Shown: positions 15,301 to 27,516, numbered from the stretch's first letter. The stretch: 64,000 nt of DNA from Gordius albopunctatus (GCA_964276515.1 OZ193909.1:15872001-15936000); one strand, 5' to 3'. The notes: generated by a model from the sequence alone, not told the origin. Numbers and translations are program-made.

Positions 15301-17832
15301 CCTATGTAATGTAGGGCGTCACCTGGAAGGCATCCATTTTGCGATGGAATTTTTGGAGAATTGGCAAAAAGAGATGCTCGGCTATAACATATCCCCCAAA
15401 TCGCAACTAAGAGCCAGCGGGAAAGATATTATAGTTATTGGGGGCGGAGACACGGGCGTCGATTGCATAGCTACCGCCCTGCGTCAGGTGTGTCACCTTT
15501 CATTTTAGCCTTCTTTATTAAGCTCTTTCTTTATCTTTGCATTTAACACCAAAACTATGACGCATTTTCTACTAAATTTCTTTAAGGCACGACTTTTTTT
15601 CTATCATGCTGGTTCTGGATGGGCTAAACAAAAAAATTTGTTTTTTTAGTGTTGAGCTAGGCTAACTCTCATGCATGTGTTATAGATATTTTTTTATAAA
15701 ATGTTCCTATCAATTATAAACTCAATTTTATTAGTGGATTTTTTTATAGCATGCAAGATTCTAGTATTGACAATTAAAAACCCTTATTTACTTGGCCCCT
15801 GCCCTGCCGATTAGTTAAGGGGGGGGGGTATCCGAGCGAGAAAATTGTTCTTAGCAGTAGTTGAGGCTTATAACGGTGTCATTCGTTGCCTTCATATCAA
15901 ATTGTTTGTGCCCGCAAATTAATAGCATGCAAAGAGCGTTACGACTTTCGAAATTTTGCAAGAACCACCCAAACAAAGAGCGCCCAGCAACCCTTGGCCC
16001 GAGTGGCCTAAGGTGTTTAAAGTGGATTACGGACACGAGGAATCGGTTTACATTCAAGGCAAAGATCCGCGAGTTTTTTGCATCATGAGCAAGGTGATGT
16101 TTTTGCTTTTCGATTTTTGTTTCAAATATTTTGTATACCTCATTGATCGAAAAGATAATATAGTAACAATTAAAAAGGGAATAAAAACTAGAAATTTTTG
16201 GCTTGACAAACGGATATTATATGACATATCTACCATTAAATTGGGATCCTAACTCTAAAAAAACAATTGCACACCAGATGGTCAAAGATCCTCTTGGTTT
16301 GATGATTTTTAAAAGTTAGTTGGTCTAGCTATAATCGTTAACTAAAATTAAATCCTTTAAATTCTATGCCGTGTAAATTTTAATCATTTAATAAATCATG
16401 TCATATATACCCTTGCGGCCTTAGTTTTGTTTTCCCCCTAATTGGCATATAATATCAGCCATGACATGAATATAACTAAATCAAGTTTCCCACTATTTAT
16501 TAACATATACAGCAGTTGTGTTAATATATATATTTATATCAACGAGCTTCAGTATTGCTTATTTATTGCCATAAAAAAATTAATTCTTTTATATCTCCTT
16601 TCTATCCGTATTTCACTCAAATTGTTGTAATTTAATTTTGTCAACTTAAAATAAATGCTGTAAGAACTGCCGTTTCTTATCTAAACGATTTTTATCTAAA
16701 TACTCTTTTTAAATCGCTCGATAGAAATATTACACCTCGTCAATTTAAATTTTTTGGGAATTCAATAATAATCCCCTTTCTTTCAATCTCAAATGTCAGG
16801 AATTGTTTGTTTATCGGCTTAAATCATTTACAAGCCTAAACCTCAATAATATGTCTATTCGTTAGTATCCTCGATGCTCAATATCTGTTTGCGCCTCACC
16901 ATGTAGGAATTTGTTGAATCGGGCGATGGTTCGGGTCGGATAAGCGGTATCAGAACGGTCCGCATCAAATGGGAAAAGAATCCGGCTGGGCGTTGGATAA
17001 TGAACGAAATTCCCAACTCGGAAACCGTTTACCCGGCCGATTTAGTGCTATTGGCGCTAGGTTTCGTGGGCCCCGAAAAAGGCATTGTGCAACAGTTGGG
17101 TCTAGATTTTGATTTACGAGGCAACGTGGCCACCCCTCGAAACAAATACGGAACAGTGAATCCCAAAATATATGCTGCCGGAGGTGGGTTTGTTTAAAAA
17201 AATTACCAAAGTCTTGGTTATAATTATAATTAGCTTTAATGTTATACCGATAATATTAGTTGTGTAAAAAATATTATCGGTATAAATGAATGGGCGAATA
17301 ATTTTAAATGGCCGAGTTTATTGGTTTAAACCTATAAATGCTTAAAAAGTAATTATATTAAAACAAGGGATTCGAGCTGCACTCGTAAAACATATTTCTT
17401 CCTTTATATTCTTTGTAAGGAAGTTTTGAAATTTTTATAAGCTTAGGTTTTGTTGAAACATTTAAGATGGTGTTACATAAAGTGTCTGGGAACGTTTGAG
17501 AATATTTAATTAGTCTGTTATTCGGACTTCATTAAACACTCGATATGTCTTATCTCCATAAAATTCGCAAAATATTGGGGTATTATAAGAATCCTCTTTT
17601 CTCCCAAGAGAATTGCCCTTCAATGAATTTACCAACTATAGTTGTTATATACCTAAACCTCTCGTTTCCCTAAGATTGCCGACGAGGCCAGTCCTTAGTG
17701 GTATGGGCCATCAACGAAGGTCGACAAGTAGCCCGACAAATAGATATTGATTTAATGGGTAAAACTTCTCTCGCTGGACCCGGTGGCATAGTGCACACGG
17801 TGCCTAAGATGATTGACATAACCGCTGAATGA
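382..17832 (+). CDS. NADH-dependent glutamate synthase (GOGAT), eukaryotic fused alpha+beta polypeptide; 3' 23 exons, 5' end outside window
   Basis: Hand-spliced exons: 382-595, 1280-1411, 1525-1638, 2245-2479 (donor uncertain), 3264-3363, 3954-4233, 4720-4920, 5483-5663, 6109-6317, 7121-7327, 7802-8077, 8876-9089, 9431-9693, 10395-10488, 11083-11260 (GC donor), 12575-12697, 13130-13307, 13682-13867, 14625-14874, 15315-15487, 15926-16093, 16907-17183, 17675-17832 (TGA 17830-17832). Phases are compatible and there are no in-frame stops. Motifs: [66 protein letters not shown], [3Fe-4S] [16 protein letters not shown], beta-domain [10 protein letters not shown] / [18 protein letters not shown] and GGGDTG nucleotide-binding motifs, [14 protein letters not shown]. 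Confidence 0.97.
5794..5971. mobile_element. hAT-type MITE (CATGGGCGTA..TACGCCCATG TIR family, ~180-bp subfamily) in a GOGAT intron
   Basis: TIRs CATGGGCGTAACCAAG / CTTGCTACGCCCATG; perfect 8-bp TSD CATGACCT at 5786-5793 and 5972-5979; internal G and C tracts. Related copies or fragments at ~1030-1160, 6400-6467, 11345-11489, 14398-14552, 30102-30262, 35260-35377, 52170-52310, 52717-52875, 53600-53730. Confidence 0.9.
9141..9355. mobile_element. MITE with TAGTGTTGTAAAA-type TIRs (degenerate) in a GOGAT intron
   Basis: TAGCGCTGTAAAAAG...TTTTTACAACACTA; related copy at 59311-59463 and ends at ~6827, 11787, 15011, 44761. No clear TSD. Confidence 0.6.
11345..11489. mobile_element. hAT-type MITE (CATGGGC TIR family) in the GC-AG intron of GOGAT
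   Basis: CATGGGCCTAGCCAGG ... CCTGACTACGCCCATG with internal G runs; TSD degenerate. Confidence 0.75.
14398..14552. mobile_element. hAT-type MITE, same subfamily as 5794-5971
   Basis: Shared core CTCTAAATCC..AAAAATGATCATTTTGCCC..CCTAAATCATTATTGCCCC..CTCTAATCCCAATGCT; TSD GAACTTCA / GAACTCCA (7/8). Confidence 0.8.
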
Positions 17833-17908
17833 ACAGGAAGTGAAAATTGTATTATTCCAAACGCGCACCTTAAGACGACACGCACACACCGCACAATATA
17901 AAATGCGC

Positions 17909-17914
17909 AATAAA
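17909..17914 (+). terminator. Candidate polyadenylation signal of the glutamate synthase gene
   Basis: AATAAA about 77 nt after the TGA, followed by T/GT-rich sequence. Confidence 0.45.
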
Positions 17915-18544
17915 ATGTTTAGTTTTTTACGACTTCCAACCTTGTTTTCGCTTTTACTTGTTATAAACATTATTTTATTTACCATACGCACACTGGCCCC
18001 CTCAGTATAAATCATCCTCCGTATGTTTAATTTAAATTTATTATGTTATAATTCCCAATCGTCATTTTGATGATGTCCTCCCGTTCCTTTAATATCTTAG
18101 TTATATTGAATATCGAGGCATTTTATCGGATTTCTATTTATTTTTATGCCTCTAATCACGCCTTTGTTTATATCGTTATTTGTGAAGAAATTTTTAGCAG
18201 TTTTGTGGTTGAAAAATATTCCTTCATTTCATATATAAATATATAATTTTTAATAGAATTTGTCGGGCTTCGTGAGATAAAATAATTGTTAACTATCTTC
18301 CTTAGTTTTATTGAGCTTAGAACATGACTTTATAAATGTTATTCCCCCGGATGATATTATAAATTTGTTTGCAACATCGAGTAAAAGGCGTAATGAGCTA
18401 CTATTAAAAGATTAATTTTAATATTTAATGAAAAATTATCTGGGCTTTTAAACTTGTTTTAAACTTTTTAACATTTTCAAAATATATTAAAATCTTATTA
18501 AATTTACGAAAATTTCATCCTGGATTCAATTTATTTCTCCATCT

Positions 18545-19008
18545 CACAAACGCTAAAAAGAAGAAAGGTACACATCGCCTGTCTACAAGAGACGAAGTGG
18601 AACGGAACCAAAGCCCGGGAGTTAGGAGAAGGCTACAAACTATTCTACAGTGGGTCACCGAATCGTATAAACGGGGTCGGTATCGTTCTAAGCGAATAGT
18701 TCAAGTACAAGGTGGTGGAATTCAAGCGTTGTTTTGAGAGGCTAATATGGGTGAAGATTGCAGATCAAGGGAGCCTCCTAACCGTTATGTGCGCGTATGG
18801 TCCCAAAATTGAGTGTATGGAATCAGAGAAAGACATATTCTTCGATTCATTGGAAAAGCAAATACAAGCAATAGGACAGGAAGAAAGGCTAATTATTGAG
18901 GCAGATTTCAACGCTCACATAGGGAAAGATCGCCTCGAGTATGAACGCAATCATGAAGGCTATGGACATGGTCTGAAGAACAAAGAAGGTAAAAGATCAC
19001 GGCGGTAG
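18545..19008 (+). mobile_element. Non-LTR retrotransposon (RTE-like) AP-endonuclease fragment, disrupted
   Basis: Frame reads KRRKVHIACLQETKWNGTKARELGEGYKLFYSG..NGVGIVLSE*..RLIWVKI..MCAYGP..IIEADFNAHIG..HEGYGHG, typical APE motifs (CLQET, GVG, YAP, GDFNA); one internal stop; truncated at both ends. Confidence 0.85.
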
Positions 19009-19415
19009 AATAATAAAACCCACCACGAATAGATTAGTTTTGGTCGGAGCCAGGAAGAGGGTAGATGAAAAAAGATATTCAAATATATGACACTTCCACA
19101 AAAGTGGCATCCGTAGCATCATCAACATTTATTAATACATCATACTACATGAGAGTATGCTGTCTCGATATTGTCACTTTATTCAGGGCAGTGTTAGTGC
19201 AAGTGGTGGCCATTAGTTAGGGCAGCAGGATTAAGAACAATCCGAATTGATGCGCGTTACAGAAGGTATTAGCTAGGTGCGTTAAATACCACGTTAACTC
19301 TTTACGGGGCACTAATTCTGTAATATCTCCTACACCATGCTATATTTAACAAGAGGCACTCCTGCATTTATGCCTTACCCCGGTGTACAACAACGTACCT
19401 CCCATTACGCATGGC

Positions 19416-19660
19416 TAGAGTTGTTAAATTGCTTGCGTGAGCAATGCTCACTATGTGCTTTGCTCGGGCACGCACACTGAGCTGTTGAATATGCTCGTTA
19501 GCACAATCTGTGCTGGCTGTTCGGTGCACTAGGCACAACAGTAGTATATAAAAATGCTCGAGAGGCGAGTCGAAGCAGCAAAATCCAGATTGCCGTAGCA
19601 ATAAGCTCGAGCAGATAGCAGATTTAATCAAAGTAATTGCTAGGAGTTAGTAACTTTAAA
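19416..19660. mobile_element. Non-autonomous element with a TAGAGTTGTTAAATTGCT end; second copy at ~34340-34610
   Basis: Clear similarity between 19416-19625 and 34340-34562 (e.g. CTGTTCGGTGC..AACAGTAG..ATAAAAATGCTCGAGA..AGTCGAAGCAGC). Confidence 0.65.
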
Positions 19661-19760
19661 TATTTGCTCATATTATATATCATAAATAAATTAAGGACTT
19701 TGCCTCCCTCCCTATTTTACCCGTTGGTTTGCCTCCCCCTTTTTCACCCAGGGTGCAGGC

Positions 19761-20188
19761 TAGAGGCCTGCAAAGTCACTTTTTTTCAACCCGAATCCGA
19801 CCCGCCCCAAAAGCGTTTTAAAATTTTGAACCCGAACCCGACCCGAAAGCCTTTTTAAAATTTCAACCCGAACCCGACCCGAAAGCGTTTTTTAATTTTC
19901 AATCCGGACGCGACAAAATAGAAAAATTTGAGGATGAAAAATTTATTCGACAGAAATGATCATACAAAATTTGATTAATATATTTATTAAATTGATTTAT
20001 TATAATGATGTATAAATATTGTCGCGTCTACAATTTCTGGGCGTAAATTTGACCTTGTAATGTAAGATTCATATCCTTTGACCCGATTCTATAAATCCAA
20101 ACCGACCCGAAAGCATTCTAAAATTTTCAACGCGAACCCGACCTGACCCGAAAGCATTCTAAAATTTTTAAGACGCGTGCAGGCCTGA
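19761..20188. mobile_element. hAT-like MITE with TAGAGGCCTGCA TIR and CCCGAACCCGACCCGAAAGC subterminal repeats
   Basis: TAGAGGCCTGCA at 19761 and TGCAGGCCTG at ~20178-20187; arrays of CCCGA motifs; degenerate TSD GTGCAGGC / ATGCAGGT. Confidence 0.7.
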
Positions 20189-20573
20189 TGCAGGTTAATC
20201 GTACCTAGGCCATAGATGTATGAAATCTTAATAGAATTTTGTTGAATATTATTTTTTAACGAAAAAATTTGAAACTAGCCCCTTGAGGCAATCCTGCCTA
20301 TGCTAATTATGAATATGAAGGCACTTAAAATTCCAAATAATATTTTAAGATAAAATTGGAATTTAAAAAACATAGGATTTTTGGTAAAAAGTTAAAATTA
20401 TAACTTCAAAATAAGGTCTCGTTCTAAAACTTGAATAAATAATCCAAGATTATGAGACAATGGACTCCTAAGTAGAGCCCACCTTGGTAACCATTCTTTG
20501 TTTAGGATTCCTAAACAAAAGTGAGGATAGGAAAAATAAAAGACTCCTCCTGCCTTTGATTACAAAGAATAGG

Positions 20574-21855
20574 CCAAATTAGACATTTTTAAATCTATGC
20601 CATCTCATCATTCTTTTTATATTATAAAAAATTATTACAACATTAGCAAAATTTTATTCTGCTTCCGCTCCACCCAAGCTTTTTTATTTAAAGAAGTTTT
20701 ACACGACTATGAAAACTTTTTTAAATCCACTCTTGAATCAATTTTAAATATTTCCTTTAACACCAATACTTGGCTTCAAGCCTCACTTCCCACAAAATCC
20801 GGTGGCCTAGGTATTCGCTCCCCATCTGCGATTTCCCTAGCCGCCTTCATTTCTTCCTCTCTATCTTTTAAACATCATATCAACGACCTTGTCCCATTCC
20901 CACTTAATCCCTCCATAAATCAAGCCCTATCCTTATGGAATGAGAACGTCAATGTAGGAGCTAATATACCACAATCATACGCTCAAAAAGATTTGGATGC
21001 AAGTTTGGTGTCGCGGTCCGTTGCTTACCTTCTCTCGACATGCGACGCCAAACAGCATTGCAACCTTAGGTCATTGGCTTTCGACCAATCCGGACATGAA
21101 TGGCTTGAAGCTTACCCTAGTAAGTTTTCGGGTATGTTTTTGGAGAATCCTACCCTCTCCTACAATATAGCCCTCCGCTTGGGCTGTAAATACACGTCCT
21201 CATACCCCTGCCGGCTTTGTAATTCACTTGTAGATGAGGAAGCACGTCACCCTCTGCATTGTAAATTTAACAAAAGCCGGTATGGTAGGCACCAAAAAAT
21301 AAATACACTACTTCAAGCTGCCCTCAAACGGGCAAAAGTCCCTTCGATCCTTGAACCTTCAGATCCCTCTCTCGAAGGGCGGATGCGCCCGGACGGTTCG
21401 TCCCTTATCCCATGGGACAAAGGCCTTTTCTTAAAATGGGACTACACCTGTATAGACCTTTTTGCCCCCTCCAACGATACTCACGACCCCCTTGGATCGG
21501 CAGAGCATCGGAAATCCTTAAAATATTCAGCTTTATCCCAAACCTCGATTTTTATTCCTATCGTCTCATCGTGCTCAGGGACATTTGGGAAGAGCGCTTT
21601 AATTTTTTTTAAAGAACTCAATAAACGCTCGCCCCCTTGTAAAATATCGAATAGTTTTTTACTACGACAATCAATTGCCATCGCGATCGCTAAATCTAAT
21701 TTTTATTCTTTGATGGATTCAATGCCCATTCTCAAAGATGAAGAAACGGATATTGAGTTTTAATCATTTTTTTTATATAAATGTTTTTGTTCTTGTATCT
21801 TTTTATTATTTCCACTCAATATTTAATACTTTTTATTTAATAAAAAAAAAAAAAA
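20574..21855 (+). mobile_element. 5'-truncated non-LTR retrotransposon with a restriction-like endonuclease (CRE-like); ORF 20597-21763
   Basis: 388-aa open frame: RT thumb QASLPTKSGGLGIR, zinc knuckle C-x2-C...H-x3-C (CRLC..HPLHC), RH, RLE motif RPDG..WDYTC..AE-x2-K-x2-KY; short AT-rich 3' UTR ending in a poly(A) tail at 21842-21855. Confidence 0.85.
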
Positions 21856-22169
21856 TAAAGTAAACTTTGGGTGGTGAGTAAGTATGATTCATAAGAGCTC
21901 AGTCTTCAGTGAGGGAAATCTCATGAATACTTCAAAATACAAAACAACATTCTTTGTTTAAATTTATGTATAGGGAAGATGTCATATATGCATAAGCGTA
22001 TACATGCAAGATGAATATGAATGTTTATTCATCTAATCTTTTATCTGTATCATTTACATATGAATTTTATTTTCACATTAATGCTATAATTATCTTCTTT
22101 AATATTGTTAATTAAAATTGAGGTTGTAAATACACTTTTTATAACAAACTTAGCTCAATAAACTAATTA

Positions 22170-22300
22170 GTGTTAAATATGTAAAATTGAATAAAGAAAA
22201 AGTGGAAAAATGGTTTATTAACATAAATATTATGGTGTTAAATATGTAAAATTGAATAAATAAAAAGTTAAAAAATGGTTTATTAACATAAATATTATGG
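22170..22300. repeat. ~65-bp direct tandem duplication downstream of RPB11
   Basis: TGTTAAATATGTAAAATTGAATAAA..AAAAATGGTTTATTAACATAAATATTATGG occurs twice head-to-tail with a few mismatches. Confidence 0.85.
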
Positions 22301-22448
22301 GAAGCCAAATAAATCAAATATTTAAACAAACTTATTAAACTTCTTAATTCTGTATTTAGTATAAATAGGTTTTTATTTATTTATTTACAGTGCTAATGAG
22401 CATTTGTATTAATAAAATTATTTACAATATATACATCAATTAAAAATA

Positions 22449-22961
22449 CTATTCATAACTATCTTGCTTCTCTTTTATAGCCTCCTATATGCAAAAAATA
22501 TGTTTATAAAAAATAAATATTATAAAAAAATGTGGATAAAAAATCTAAAATTGAAGATTAATAAATACTTTAAATCTCTCTTCTAATAAAGAAAGTTCAC
22601 TTATTAAGTCAGTTATGGCATTTGTAAATGCTTCCTGGGGGCTATAATTTGATGAGGTTTGAATTCTAAGTACAATTTTGTGATCAAGTGGATGGGGACA
22701 TTTGTACCCAGCAAAAACAACTTGGGGGTCTTTTAATAACTGCCTTAATGAAATAAATTCTTATAAGCCTGTTTAAATTTACATTCGAATCATATTTCCA
22801 AGAGTGTGGTCTTCTTTATTTATAGTAAATATGGCGGCATTAGGAACTTTGGTGTCTTTGTAAACGATTATTCTAAATTAAATAAGTAAATAATTAAGGA
22901 AGAACTACTTTTTTTCGCCCTCAAACAGGAGAAAAGATTCAAATGACGGCGGTGCGTTCAT
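22449..22961 (-). CDS. POLR2J: DNA-directed RNA polymerase II subunit RPB11 (117 aa), 4 exons; absent from the ORF track
   Basis: Minus-strand exons 22961-22909 (53 nt), 22872-22783 (90), 22743-22569 (175), 22484-22449 (36); GT-AG introns of 36, 39 and 84 nt. Translation [117 protein letters not shown], clearly RPB11 (EDHTLGN, AGYKxPHPL). Confidence 0.97.
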
Positions 22962-25849
22962 TTATTAAAATTTGGAATATCAGCGGCCACAAGATTTAAA
23001 TGATGGGCAACTCGTCACTTTGCAATAATCAAGTCACTTTTAAAGATAGCAAAGTAGAAATTTTACATAAATATTATGTCAGAATTTTGAAATATAGGCA
23101 TCATGTTAATGCAGATATAACACCGAAAGATGGTGAGTTAGGTGAAAACTGAGTTTATAAAATCACTATTCGATGTATAAGCATCAATATTTTAAATAAA
23201 AAATTTAATATCATGCTTCAATAGTTTTCCTTATTAGTATTTAATTAGGAAATTGCGAATAATCAAATATGCCCCATTGCCCTTTATTTTTTTGCTTTAA
23301 TTGTAATACACCATTGTATATACTTTATAATGGGTATTCAAAGATCAAGATGTTAAGTTTAAAAATCTTTTTAATTAAAAAGAAATTAATTTAATAAGAA
23401 AATTATTATACCGATATATTGACTTACATTTTCCCGATAATAATACTATTACGCTTTTAAAAATTCATAAGAATCCCAAATCCAAACATACACATCAAAA
23501 ACTGCGCGACAAAAAATACGATGAATAAATTTTATGTCGGGAAACTCGGGAAAATTCAATTGATTTATCCCCATATGTTTGCGTATAAACTAACAATGCG
23601 ATAATAATTCATAAAAAACTCGTTTAATGGGGAGGGGGTTACAATACAAAGAGAATTGTTTTATTTATATGCTAGAAACTGATAATGTTCAAACAGTCTT
23701 TTTTAGAGAGAGAAGGGGGGGGGCGGGCGTGCAAATTAACCAACCACAACACTTCTGAATATAAAACAGAAAATTTTAGATAATAAATTTGATTTTCGAA
23801 ATATAATAAAAAAGACAGTTATTATAATAATATAATTTATAAAACTGACATATGCGAATAGACTGCTGCAATAAATTGGGATTCTTCTATTATGACACAT
23901 TTCTAGCATTTAGATAATAAACTAATTTATAATGTCTGGCTTAATATTAAGAAATCGGGCTAAAGGCCTTAAAATTGCTTCCTTCAGCTCCAAGTCCAAT
24001 TATTCCCTTTTTGTCGAGGCCTAGCCCTCATAGCCAGTGACCCTTTTGTCGCATGTTGTAATTTTAATTAAAAATCTAATTATGTGTATTATAGAGTAAT
24101 AAAAAGGTTATATAGGATGAGTTAATAATTAAAGTTCCAATTATCTTGCAATAAATCAGCTAACATTTTTTAATGTAATATTGTATCTTTAAGAGTGTAC
24201 TTTTTCCAATGGCTGAATTATTTATATTATTTTTAAAAGGTCTAATAGCTACTATTAAATTATGCAGCGATATCCCACACCTGACACCACCCACTGGAAA
24301 AAATTGACTTTGCAGGACTCTTCTTTACTGTATATATTTTTAAATAACACCACAAAAAATAATTTTTTTATTACAAACTTTTGTTTGTAGTTCTGACCAA
24401 ACATAATTATAGTTAGGGGGAAGGGGCGTGGGCTTAGGATATATTATGTAAATGCCCAGTGGGATGTCCCATTTTACCAGACCCAAGTTCGATATTTTAT
24501 TAATGATTATTGTCTCGCCTAGTCTCGATTCTCGTCTCGTCTCGGCTTAAAAAAATCTTGATCTCGTTTCTTCTTGACGAAAATTCTAAACTTGTCCCAA
24601 CTTTTAGATGCCCCTGATTTATTAAATAACATATAAATTTTAATTAAGAATAATTAAAATGTCAACCATTTTTTTATTTTAAAAAATTTAAAATCCAAAG
24701 TTAATAATTAGTGCAAAGGCCATCAATATCGCTTTAATACTCAAAAATATAGAGATAGTTGCCAATTCATCGATATGGCAGTTTCCACGAGAGGATTTGG
24801 GAAAACATAAAGCTTAACGTTAGGTTTTACTAATAATTGAATTTTTTGATTTCATTAAATAAAGATGATGTGTTAAAACCTCTGGTCTGTCAACATAATT
24901 CCAATTTTACCTATAGAACTTGGCTACAAATGTAGACTAGCTAGAACCCTTTATAAACACTAGCTATAAATAATTTAAGACAAGATTTAGGCTTAGACCT
25001 TTGATATAACAATCTTCAATCAAACCTAACGAATTTGTTTGATTGTGATTGATGATTGATCCCTGCTAATGTGTACACTTGATATTATTATCGTTTAATT
25101 ACATATTAGAACGCTGCAAATAGAAGTAGCATCGCTATTGGAACAAGAAGATAAGATTTAATTTTTTGCTCGCATTTATCACAAAATAAAGAGCAAACGG
25201 TTTATACATTGTTAGGCCCATTTTGTACTTCAAAATATCTACTTGATTCATTTCTTATCCCTCTAGGCAAGGATATACTACCCCGTGCGTGGAAAAAACT
25301 ATTGATTTTATAGGGAGGGCTGATAAAATTATGTTTTAAACTTTACTTAAAACACCAAACTTTAAATAGCTATAACCTAATTGTTTTGTAATATAAACAT
25401 GTCAAAATTTGCAAGAAAAATATATCAACTCTTATACGTTAATTAATATATTAATTTGGCTATTTGATCAAGTTGTTTAAATTTTATATCTATATTTAGA
25501 ACAACCCCCCAAAATTTGTACAGCATTTTTAAACGGCTTGGGGTTTAATAGACCCCACCTAGCCAACGGAGTGTTAAAATGATTAAAATCATATAACATA
25601 GTTATAAATGCATAAATTGCAAATGTATTCAAAACACAAATTGTAAAAGATATCATCAAATAAAAAAAATAAATTGCATAGCAATAAAAATATTACCTTC
25701 AAATTTTTATGCGAATAAATTTAGAGTAAATATATATTAGAACTTATACACGCAGAGTTGAAATACAATATGATAACTAATGGCCAATAACTTTAAAATT
25801 ACTGTAATATGTTTAAATCAATATTAAATTAAAAAGATATAAAGAAATT

Positions 25850-26533
25850 TTCATTGGTCAGTAGCCAAGACATGGTAAAAAAGGATATAAATACATAAGA
25901 GACAAAAAAAATTTCAAATCACAATTTGGCCAATGGTCATTTTTTTCCATTGGTCAGTAACAAGAGACGGTCTATGAATACATACGAGTCAAAAAAAACG
26001 AAAAAAAATTTAGATTCACACTTTGGCTAATGGTGATTTTTTATTGGTCAGTAGCCAGGGCACGGTCAAAAAGTCATATTATCAATGGTATTAACAAGAA
26101 CAATATATTAACTTAATTTAAAAAAAAATAAAAATTCTGCCATCTCCGGGATTCGAACCCACATCAGTAGAGGCATAGGCTTTTGTAGGGGCACAGGGAC
26201 CCATATCAGTAGAGGCATAGGCTCTTGTAGGGGAGGGCATAGGGTAATTATCGATGTTAACCAATTCAAAAACGAAAATTAAAATTTCGATCATAATTTG
26301 GCCAAAGGTCATTTTTCCATTGGTCAGCAGCCAGCGGAAGGTTAAAAAGTCATATTATCCATGGTATTAGCAAGAACAAAATATTAATTTAATTAAAAAA
26401 AATTTTTGTCCTCTCCGGGGATTGAACTTGAACCTCCATGTCAGGAAGCTGGTATAAATACATTGGTGGACGACGGACAGACGACGGACGACGGACGGAC
26501 AACAAAAAACGAGCCCATAAATTGCATAGCAAT
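25850..26533 (-). mobile_element. DINE-1/Helentron-associated (HINE)-like element, 5' part, reverse orientation
   Basis: 5' subTIR GCCCATAAATTGCATAGCAA at 26513-26532 next to a (GGAC/GAC)n microsatellite at 26468-26500; internal tandem units (ATTGGTCAGTAGCCA..) and GGGATTCGAACCC shared with 28350-28897 and 38616-40625. Confidence 0.75.
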
Positions 26534-27265
26534 TAATATTGGATACTAAAATAACACCTTATGATATAATATTTTCGTAAAAAGTTTAAAATTTGTCAAT
26601 TTCAGTTCATTTACCTTAGTATGGATGGCACTTAGGGTATATGAATAATTTAATAATATATTTCTCACATATATGTATCCTTAGAATTATTAAATGTTAC
26701 AAAATTTAAAACTTAGAATGAGTTCTGATGGAGTAGTAAATATTACTAAACCATATTTGAACTTAGAAGTTTCTCATCCCGCATGATGCAGTAATTATAA
26801 ATTGGTGGTCAATTAGTTGTTTAGCTAAGGTGGCTCGAACTTTTTTTGGCACCCCGGCGTCATTTGTGCCTGCCTAACGATTTCAAAATTACAACTGAGT
26901 ATCCGATGACACCGTAATACATTAAATCATGAGTTTTCTATAAGTCTTATGCTTCAAATAAATATACCTCTCATATTTTTGAACCTTAATAAGACATTAT
27001 GTGAATACATTGTTTTGTCATACATTACTTTTTTACGTTATAAACAAGTGTTGGCAGGTACATTCGATACTATAATTTCTATAGTTGTGGCGATTTTGCA
27101 ATATAAAATAAATACACACCAACTTATACTGTACTAGATAAATAACTATTTGATGGCAAAGTTAGTTCAAACTGGAAGTTAATTGTATAGAATACTAATT
27201 TGATTATAATGATTTTTGTCCTAAAATAAAATACGTGCACTTTAATTTAAAGTTTAAAACCCAAT

Positions 27266-27516
27266 TGTAGAGAGGTAATAGGAGTGCAAAGGGCCTCCGG
27301 GGATACGTTAGTCACGAGTGTGTTGTCGTTGTTTACCCGCGTGTTAATCAAATTATCGTTACCTAAGTGTTGTCGCTATTTACCCGTATGTTGTTAATCA
27401 AATTAGCGTTAATTGGTTGTAACGTAATATATGAGTTTGATATAAACGTCTGACTCACTTTTTTATTATCCCGAGTTAAAGCCTTGGAGTAAATAAAGAG
27501 TTTCCCCGGCTTAACA
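27266..27516 (+). mobile_element. Probable solo LTR (251 bp)
   Basis: Starts TGT and ends ACA; flanked by CCAAT / CCTAT (5-bp TSD, 4/5); internal ~40-bp duplication, TATAAA ~27441, AATAAA ~27492. Confidence 0.6.

Noticed and set aside
382..17832. Glutamate synthase as a bacterial horizontal transfer or contaminant
   Set aside because: It is the fused eukaryotic NADH type with 22 spliceosomal introns in the window; many invertebrates retain this gene.
397..18015. Many short alternative-frame and antisense ORFs over the GOGAT locus (e.g. 1214-1417, 7733-8005, 13110-13397, 14645-14947, 17670-17894)
   Set aside because: They are shadows of GC-richer GOGAT exons, with no independent motifs.
20400..20574. 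Possible coding exon(s) flanking the RLE retroelement (also 21860-22020)
   Set aside because: Short open frames exist on both strands, but I recognise no protein and cannot build a consistent splice model.
23000..23152. 50-codon ORF (MMGNSSLCNNQ..) divergent from RPB11
   Set aside because: It starts under 40 nt from the RPB11 ATG, has no recognisable homology and is probably promoter/UTR sequence.
25850..26400. CRISPR-like spaced repeats (ATTGGTCAGTAGCCA units; also the CCCGAACCCGA and GAACGCGTTC arrays elsewhere)
   Set aside because: The spacers are themselves homologous, the context is eukaryotic and there are no cas genes; these are TE internal or subterminal repeats.
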